Assembly (NCBI GenBank): GCA_965112735.1
Contig: OZ218951.1
Location: 2,976,001 to 3,040,000, forward strand
Direction: 5' to 3'
DNA length: 64,000 nt
Source: Phaeosaccion multiseriatum
Lineage: Eukaryota > Protista > Ochrophyta, other classes
Part shown: piece by piece, positions 55,267-64,000 of the stretch
Numbering within the stretch: the first letter of the stretch is position 1
Layout: each line of letters starts with the position of its first letter
The notes under the pieces: generated by a model
What the model was told of the DNA's origin: nothing
The model's database searches: none
What the model saw: the letters and a program-made list of their open reading frames with translations, nothing else
Program-made: the position numbers and the translations under genes

Positions 55267-58200
55267 GTGTAATTGCATTTTGTTGATTTATCTCTACCAC
55301 CCTCCACTGCCATCTCACACCAAGTTGCCACGCCCATACTACACCAAACTAAGCCAAACTATGAAACCGCAACTGCGACCTCCCCCCCCCCTAACCCCGA
55401 CCCCATGATGCCCATATGCCTGCCTCTGTCTGCAGGTGTGCAAGATAAGTCATCAGCTGCTGCACACGCGCATGGTGTACGAGCCCGCCCAAGACGTCAT
55501 GTACAGGTCAGTAAGTCAGTGTGTCAGTGGACCAGTAAGTCAGTGGACCAGTAAGTCAGTGGGCGTGGAGGCGGGTGCGTTAGGCGAGCATCAACCGACC
55601 ATGTCTCGAGAGTCAGTATCCTGAGTGTGCGAACGCCCCCAGCACAGAGCGCCGACTCTCCACCCTCCCTCCCTCCCTCCCTCTCTCTCTCTGTTCCTCT
55701 CTTCCCTCCCCCCCTCCCTCCCTCCCTCCCTCCCTCCCTCCGTCCCTCCGTCCCCCCCTCCAGCCTGGGCAGCGATAACAATCTTTGGCGCTGGAAGGTA
55801 AAGTCCCCGTCGGAGCTTCCCGAGCCCTTGAGCCTCTCAGCGCCGCACACTGACATCATCACCGGTACGTTAACAAAAGGGAGAAGCCGGTTTTGTGTTA
55901 CCAAAACCCCTCGATGTCATCAACTCGACTGTATCACCAACTGCTATATCACCAACTCCTGTATCGCACCAACAGGCATCCTAAGCATCCCAGAGAAGGA
56001 GCTCATCGTGACCTGCTCTCTGGACCGGCGTGTGTGCGTGTGGATGCAGGAAATGAAGCTCAGGGCCACCCTCACCGCACACAAAAAGGTGAGAGCTCAA
56101 CGCACCCACACACGCATGTACACATACACACACACACACACACACAAACCCACCCACACACACACACACGCGTTGACCTTCTTGATCTTCCTTCCCTCTG
56201 CCGGGCTATTATTCCTTCCTCCCTCTGCTTCCCTGGTTTTGAAGGGCGTACGCTGCCTGAGCTACTCTCGCGACTTGCTCGTGAGTGGGTCCTTCGACTG
56301 CGATGCCATTGCCTGGGACCTGCATCGCTTCGAGACCCACGGCTGGATGGTGAGTAGTGAAGAGGGAAGAGGGGCGTGGCTTTGCTTTGCTTTGCTTTTG
56401 GTTTGTCTGCGCTTTTTCTCTTTGCGGCTCTTTTCCGGCTTCCCTCCCTTCCTTTTTCCTCTTTCGCCCACCCCCACCCCCACCCACACCACCCCCAGCC
56501 ACTTCCACCACTTCCTGATTTGTACTGCAACGTGGTCTCTCTCCCTCCCCCTCCCCTCCCCTCCCCTCCCCTCCTTTCTCTTCCCCTCCCCTTCCCTCCT
56601 CTCCCCTCCCCTCCTCTCCCCTTCCCTTTTCTCCCCTCCCCCTCCCCTCCCCTCCTTTCTCTTCCCCTCCCCTTCCCTCCTCTCCCCTCCCCTCCCCTCC
56701 CCTCCCCTCCCCTCCCCTCCCCTCCCCTCCCCTCCCCTCCCCTCCTCTCCCCTCCCCTCCTTTCTCTTCCCCCCCCCTTCCCTCCTCTCCCCTCCCCTCC
56801 CCTCCCCTCCCCTCCCCTCCCCTCCCCTCCCCTCCCCTCCCCTCCCCTCCCCTCCCCTCCCCTCCCCTCCCCTCCCCTCCCCTCCCCTCCTCTCCCCTCC
56901 CCGTATGCCTCTAAATCCCCTCCCCTCCGTCTGTTAGGTTGGCCATGTGCACCCGATCTCCACGTGCACGCAGATGACAGATCCTTTCGATGACCTCCTT
57001 GCCAAGGCCGTCACTGTCGACGACTCTCTGCACATGAAGGTACGGCAATACTTATATATATAAAAGAATTGAAGGAAGGACTGTAAGCCAATGATATAGA
57101 CGTATTGGCCTTGTACAGCTCTTCTTCGTCATTAATTGACTTACTACTACGAGGTGGTCTCTCCTTGAAGTTGCTTCGACCACCATTGCTTTGACTTACT
57201 GTGCCTGAATCACCAACAGGTGTGGGACCTTGATCTCATGAAGGGCGTGGGGAACAAACTCAACTGCCTCTGCACCCTCAGCCTCGGGGAGTCCGCTTCC
57301 GCCATTCGCAAGCAGCCTGTGCCCATCTCACAGGTACACTGTATGACTTAGCTGGCTGGCTTGGCTGACTTACTTGCTTGAATTGCTTGTTTTGCTTTCG
57401 CTTGGCCTAGCTTTCCTGCCTTGCCTGGCTGTATCACCAACCGATGTATCAACAACAACTGCCTTTTTCTACAAACTGCTCCTCCTTGCAGGTGATTGCC
57501 CCCTACGAGGCTTCGGTGAGCGTGACAGGGTATAGCAACATCATCGCCGGAGGGGACAGGTACGTAAGCGTATGTAAGAGTAGGCAAGAGTATGTAAGGT
57601 TATGCATGACAAAACCGATTGAGATTGTGAGTGTGAGTGTATGTGTATGTGTGTGAGTGTGAGCGTGTGCGAGTGTGTGTGTGCGAGTGTGTGTGCGTGT
57701 GTATGTTGTGTTTGGTCTCCTAGGCCTCAATGGGCCCATAACCCCAACCCACGCCGTGCCCTGCCCCCCCTCCCATCCAATCCAATCCACACCACCACCA
57801 CCAACACCATAACAACACCACCACCACAGGATTCAGCGGCTTGTACCCATGAGAGTCAAAGCCGCCTTCATCGTGCCCACCGTCGCCCTCTACAACGCCG
57901 AGAGCCAACACTTCACCTGCGTGCTCAGAGATCATGTGCACGTATGGGACAGCACAACTGGCGACTACCTGAGGAAGATTGAGGCAGGAGGGGCCATGGG
58001 CATTAGTACCAAGGTGCATGGGGAGGTCACGTGTGGATGCTTCACCACTCCCTTTGAGCGCATGTTGCTTGTCGGTACTGAGAAGGTGAGTTGGGTGGGT
58101 GCATGGGTGGTTGGGTGGGTGTATGGGTGGGTGGGTGTATGGTTGGGTGGTTGGGTGGGTGTATGGGTGTATGGGTGGGTGGGTGGGTGGGTGGGTGGGT

Positions 58201-59999
58201 GGGTGGGTGCATGGTTGGGTGGGTGGCTGGGTGGGTGGTTTGGGCCGAGGGGAAGGGTGCATACACTTCCTCCCCACCAATAAGAAACTCAAACTCATAC
58301 ACTCCTGCCCCACCAATAAGAAACTCAAACTTGGCCTCACTGTTAAAGGGTGGAGGGGGTGGGACGTAAGAAACGATGGACTACTTACAAACAACGGGGT
58401 TTGTGACGAGTGCATGCAGTAGAGGGCAGTTTCTTGACACTCACTCACGCACACACGCTCACGCATACACGCAAGCCGGGAGGTGGCGGCAGGTTGGGGG
58501 GCAAGAGAGCAGAGAGGGGGGACCAGACAACGAAGGAGGGGTAGAGAAAGGTGGTTATAAGAGGCAGACAGGTCTGTGGCTCCTTCCTTCCTTACGTTGG
58601 AAGCGATGCTCTTTGGTCATCATACACACGGCACACAGACACATTAAGAAACTGACGGGGGTGGGGTGTGGTGTGGTGTGGTGTGGTGTGGTGTGCACAG
58701 AGGGGCTTTTCTTAATTAAGCAGAGTGTTCTTTTGGCGCTTTGGGGCAGTGCACTGGAAAAGTGTCTTCTGAAGGATGTGGCTTGTCAGCTTGTCAGCTT
58801 GTCAGCTTGTCAGAGCACTCCATTATGTCAATGGCCCGGCCCCATGCAATACAGTTTCAGAGCACTCCAGCGTTTGTTATTGGTGGGGCAGGAGTGGAGA
58901 GTACTCTGAAGACATGATCTGCTCTACACCTCGGTTTGCTGACGCCTTCCCTCCCTCCCTCCCTCCCTCCGTCTCTCCATCCCTCCCTCCTTCCTCTCTC
59001 TCTCCCTCCCTCCCTCCCTCCTTCCTCTCTCTCTTCCTCCCTCCCTCCCTCCCTCCCTCCCTCCCTCCCTCCCTCCCTCCCTCCCTCCCTCCCTCCCTCC
59101 CTCCCTCCCTCCCTCCCTCCCTCCCTCCCTCCCTCCCTCCCTCCCTCCCTCCCTCCCTCCCTCCCTCTCTCTCTCTCTCTCTCCTTCCTCTCTCCCTCCC
59201 TCCCTCCCTCCTTCCCTCCCCCCTCTCCTCCCCCCCTCCCTCCCCCCCTCAGGGCTACATCCTCGTACTGAACTACGTCTCTGGCGACGTGATGGAGTGC
59301 GCACGTCCCCATAACGCGGAAGTAAGCTCCATGGTCTATGACCCGCACGACTGCTGCCTGCTCAGCGCAGGTTAGTTTCAGTTTCAGTTCCAGTTTCAGT
59401 TTCAGTTTCAGTTCCAGTTTCAGTTGGACTGTCGGACGACAAGGGGGCACATTATGGTGGGGAAGAGGCACGAAAATGCCACAGGTGTGAGGACGAAATG
59501 GTATACAACGTGCTAGCCTATACCTGCCTACCTACCCACCTACCCACGTACCCACGTACCCACCTGCCCACCTACCCACCTTCCTACCTACCTACCTACC
59601 TACCTACCTACCTACCCACCTACCCACCTACCCACGTACCCACGTACCCACGTACCCACCTACCCTCCCACAGACCTGTCGGGAAGTATGGTACTGCAGG
59701 AGCTGCAGACAGAGGGACGATTGCGTATGAAGCGATCGGGCTCCTCTATGCACGGCACGGGTCAGAGCATCTCCTACGTACAGCGACACCGACGCCTCGG
59801 CATGGGGATTACCACCACCTCCACCTCGGCCGAGTGCTGTTTCTGGGACCTGAGCCAGACCTTCATGCCCGGGGTAGTGCACATCACGCAGCGGAAACGC
59901 TCCAACTGCACGGGTTTGAGGGTGGTGGATTGGAAGCACATGGGCCTTGACGCACTCGTGGTGCTCGGAGATTCGGTGCAGGTGCGTGCCGTGGATGGG

Positions 60000-60044
<45 letters not shown>

Positions 60045-60291
60045 TGAGTGTGTGCGTGTGTGTGAATGAGTGAGTGAGTGAGTGAGTGAGTGAGTGAGTG
60101 TGTGTGTGCTTGTGTCTGTGTGTGTGTCAGTGTGTGAAAGAGTGATAGAGCAATGGTCTGCTTGAGTCCTTGGGTGGGGCTGTTGATCTCAATCAAACAC
60201 CATGCCTGAATGACTCAACTTACCCACTTCATTGACTGATACCCTTCCACCTCCACCCACACGCACACGCACACACACACACTCACGCACG

Positions 60292-60345
<54 letters not shown>

Positions 60346-63300
60346 GGCCTCTGGGGAGTCGACTTCGGCGGGGGGGCGGCGGGGGGCGGCGCGACGGGAT
60401 GTGCAGGTCCCATGGCATGGTGTATCTCCCTACTTGGGCGTCTAGACCCCATGCAGAGCAACCGAATCCTTGCGATGGACCTTGTCATCGGAAGGGCCCA
60501 TGGAGATGAAGCTCTGGCGGTCGAGGGGGAAGGGGGTGCAGGAGGGGGGGGTGCGTTGGGGGGGGGGGTGGAGGAGAGGTGGAGTGTGAGTGGCAGAGGG
60601 AGGAGGGGTGGGGAGGAAGGAGGGGGAGGAGGGGAAGGGGAGGAGGGGGGGAATGGGAGGCGGCCGCACGCCGTGTATGGGAGGGGGCGGAAGCATGAGG
60701 ATGAGCAAGGGGATGTGATTTCTTCTGACGAGGAGGAGGAGGGGGGAGAACAGGGGAAGCAGGAAGGGGAGGAGGAGGAGGAGGAGGAGGAGGAGGGGGA
60801 GGAGGATTACGATGATGATGCTGATGATGATGATGATGATGAAGATGCTAGTGGTAGTGATGATGATGACGATGAGGAGGAGGAGGGGGAGCAGGAGGAG
60901 GAGAAAGAGGTTGGGGAGGTGGTGGTGGAGGAGGACGACGAGAAGGAGGGCGGGGAGGAGGGGAAGGAGGAGGAGGAGGAGGAGGCGAAGACAGTGGAAA
61001 ACAAGGAGGGGGGCAGGGAGAAGAACGAAACAGAATCAGAACGACAGGGAGGGGGAGAGACGAAGGCCGAGGTGTGTGAAACTGACGCGCAGCACCACTC
61101 AGCAAGTGTCTCAGGATCCCCCCCCCGTCATCATCCTGATCATCATCATCATCATGAGCATCAAGGCGATTCGGAAACCGTTGCTCCCGATGTAAATACG
61201 AGTACCACAGGAGAGAAGGAGGATGAGGGGGGGGGGGAGGCAGAGGCAAAGGTAGGGGCAGGGGAGGGGGAGGAGGAGGAGGAGGAGGAGGAGGAGGAGG
61301 GGGAGAGAGCTCGGAGGAGGAGTAGTGCCACGAGGTGGAGGGGGAGGAGGAGGAGGAAGGCGGTTTCTGAGAAGAGATGTAAGGATACGGATAAGGGTCA
61401 GGAGGACCAAGTAGAGAAGGAGAGCATGGAGGGGACGGGCTTGAAGAGGAGGAGGAGCCGCAAGAGGAAGCGAGCGGTAGGAGGAGGAGCAGGAGGAGGA
61501 GGAGGAGGAGGAGGAGGAGGAGGAGGAGGAGGAGGAGGAGGAGGAGGAGGAGGAGGAGGAGGAGGAGGAGGAGGAGGAGGAGGAGGAGGAGGAGGAGGAG
61601 GAGGAGGAGGAGGAGGAGGAGGAGGAGGAGGAGGAGGAGGAGGAGGAGGAGGAGGAGGAGGAGGAGGAGGAGGAGAGGAGGAGGAGCAAGAGGGGCAGGA
61701 GCAGCAGCAGGAGAGACAAAAGAGAGTGCCATGATCCGACGGCAGCGGCTCCGACGACGGCGACGGAATGCGCTTCCTGACGACGGCAAGGAAGACTTTA
61801 TATGTATTGCCCTGGACGAGAGGCAGCAAATCCTCTCGTGGAGCTTGCAGGATGTGCTGGAGATGGTACCAAATGGGCTGTGGATGATGGGCGGTCGCAG
61901 CGACGTCCAGACCGCGGAGGAGAGACAGAGCCACCATGTGAGCAGAGGGAGGGGCATGGGGTGGGGGGGGGTGAGGGAGGGGGAAGAGGAGGGAGGGAGG
62001 GAGGGAGGGAGGGAGGGAGGGAGGGAGGGAGGGACGGACGGAGGGAGGGAGGGAGGGAGGGAGGGAGGGAGGGAGGGAGGGAGGGAGGGAGGGAGGGAGG
62101 GAGGGAGGGAGGGAGGGAGGGAGGGAGGGAGGGAGGGAGGGAGGGAGGGAGGGAGGGAGGGAGGGAGGGAGGGAGGGAGGGAGGGAGGGACGGAGGGAGG
62201 GAGGGAGGGGCTCCATGCTCTTGTCCCGCGATGCGCCTTTCTTTCCACTTGCTGCGAGGCTAGGCTCCGTGCCTCTGCCCCTCGTCCCCTAAACTTGCCT
62301 TAAACTCGCTCACCCTTCCTCCCCTCCCCTCCCCTCCTGCTGGCCACAGAGCGATGCCCTTCGGGTGGTCGGCTCGTTACGTGTGAGTGTGACGCTCGGT
62401 GAGAGCCCCCTGGGGGAGCCGCTGACAGGCCTGTTTACACAGATACCCCCCGCCGCGAGCTGGAGGGGGCACAACAACAACATTGTCAAGGTGGGTGAGG
62501 CCTCTGGAGGCGTACTGAAGGCCTCATGTGTGTAAGGCCTCTGGAGCCCTCTGGAGGTCTCTGGAGGCCTCTGGAGGCCTCTGGAGGCCTCCATACTTCG
62601 CTTGTCGTAGAGACGTAGCGCTTTACATCCGTTGTCTCCTTCTCCATGCATGTATGTGGCTCTTAACTTTCCAGCCCTTCTAAGAAATTACGTAACCTCT
62701 TACATAAGCATACCCAACCCCCCCCCCCGGCTTCCCCTCTTAGCTCTTCGAGGCAACAACGCTAGGGCTTGTGTACTCGCTTGGCGACGACGGATTCCAG
62801 CGTGTGTGGTCCCCTCGGGACGGGCGTTTGGTGGGCCACTTTGGGCTACCCAATCTGTCCGAGGCGCAGGAGACAAGCACCTTATTCCCAGGGTGAGCAG
62901 AGGAAGGCGGTGTGGGTTGGATAGAGAGGGAGGGAGGGAGGAAGGGAGGGAGGGAGGGAGGGAGGGAGGGAGAGAGGGAGGGAGGGAGGGAGGGAAGGAG
63001 GGAGGGACGGAGGGAGGGAGGGAGGGAGGGAGGGAGGGAGGGAGGGAGAGAGAGGGAGGGAGGGAGGGAGGGAGGGAGGGAGGGAGGGAGGGAGGGAGGG
63101 AGGGAGGGAGGGAGGGAGGGAGGGAGGGTGGAAGGAAGGAAGGGAGGGTGGGAGGGAGAGCGTGAGTGCGAGAGTATGTGAGTGAGTGTAAGTGAGTGAC
63201 GGATGTGGTAAGTGAGTGAGTGAGTTAGTGAGTGAGTGAGTGAGGAAGTGAGTGAGTGGATGAGTAAGTAAGTGATTGAAGGACTGACATCATCCCGGCT

Positions 63301-64000
63301 ATGCCTCTCTACCATCTCCTACTACTGTTCCTCTCTTCCTCTTCCTCTCTCTCCCTCTTCCCCCCCCTCTCTTTCCCTCGCTCTCTCTTTGTGTGTGTGT
63401 GTCTCTCTCTTTCGGTAGGTGGGTAGAATGGACAGTCGGGCGAGCATGCTATCGCGCCCGGGGGAAGCACAAGGTAAGGAGGGGGGGAGAGGCAGGCAGG
63501 GAGGGAGGGAGGGAGGGAGGGGAGGGGAGGGGAGGGGAGGGAGGGAGGGGAGGGGAGGCGAGGGGAGGGAGGGAGGGCGGGAGGGAGGGCGGGAGGGAGG
63601 GAAGGAGGGAAGGACGGAGGGAGGAAGAAAGCGAGGGAAGGAGGGAGGGAGGGAGGAGAGGGGGGGAGCGAGAGAGGGAGGGGAGGGAGGGCGGGAGGGA
63701 GGGAAGGAGGGAAGGAAGGAAGGAAGGAGGGAGGAAGAAAGCGAGGGAGGGAGGGGGGGAGGAAAGGAGGGAGCGAGGGGCGGAGAGAGGGAGGGAGGGA
63801 GGGAGGCTGGGAGGGAGGGAGGCAGGAAGGCAGGCAGGCAGGCAGGCATGCCTTCGATTTGCCTTTGCCCTGCCCAGCACGTGTATCATCCTTACCCTCT
63901 GCCATCCCTTCGTCCCCCCATCCGCTGCCATCCCCTCGTGCCCCCATCCGCTGCCATCCCCTCGTCCTCCCATCTGCTACCATCCCCGCGTCCCCCCATC
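49660..64000 (+). CDS. Large TerD-like + EF-hand + WD40-repeat protein; at least 25 exons, 3'-truncated by the window
   Basis: In-frame exons start at approximately 49660, 50038, 50776, 51038, 51441, 52544, 52985, 53422, 53800, 54582, 55136, 55436, 55763, 55976, 56245, 56938, 57220, 57491, 57830, 59253, 59674, 60343, 62350, 62743 and 63419. EF loop [17 protein letters not shown]; WD repeats ([38 protein letters not shown]); apparent frameshift at ~61675. Confidence 0.85.
51634..51710 (+). repeat. Coding 18-bp tandem repeat (GPDTHT)x4
   Basis: ggtcctgacacccacaca x4, in frame within exon 5 of the TerD/WD40 gene. Confidence 0.9.
53972..54571. repeat. Intronic (TTC)n of ~540 bp followed by (CCT)n
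   Basis: Pure triplet array ending ~10 nt before the acceptor at 54581. Confidence 0.95.

Overview
Gene-dense, intron-rich, microsatellite-saturated eukaryotic nuclear DNA. A photosynthetic stramenopile (ochrophyte) is my inference from gene content, not proven. Most entries in the six-frame ORF track are simple-repeat artefacts; the real genes were rebuilt by hand from splice sites. About 15 protein genes are supported: a single-pass membrane protein (3' part), a Pmp/GGAI-repeat surface protein, a DUF1772-like protein, TSEN34, an OTU deubiquitinase, a coiled-coil membrane protein, RPB11, an intronless CCDC171-like protein, alternative oxidase (AOX), NAD-dependent formate dehydrogenase (FDH), a GT14 glycosyltransferase, a Nudix hydrolase, a divergent glycine-cleavage-H-like protein, a small membrane protein, and a large TerD-like/EF-hand/WD40 gene that runs off the right edge. 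Three MITE-like elements, one related fragment and several minisatellites are also present. Most notable: (1) AOX sits directly upstream of a bacterial-type FDH that has 15 introns and an apparent mitochondrial presequence, a candidate formate-oxidation/energy-dissipation pair; (2) an H-protein homologue lacking the lipoyl-lysine; (3) a TerD-like domain fused to EF-hand/WD40; (4) introns with G-rich repeats at the donor and complementary C/A-rich repeats at the acceptor; (5) MITEs with TCGA-CCC termini. All homology calls come from motif recognition; no database searches were run.
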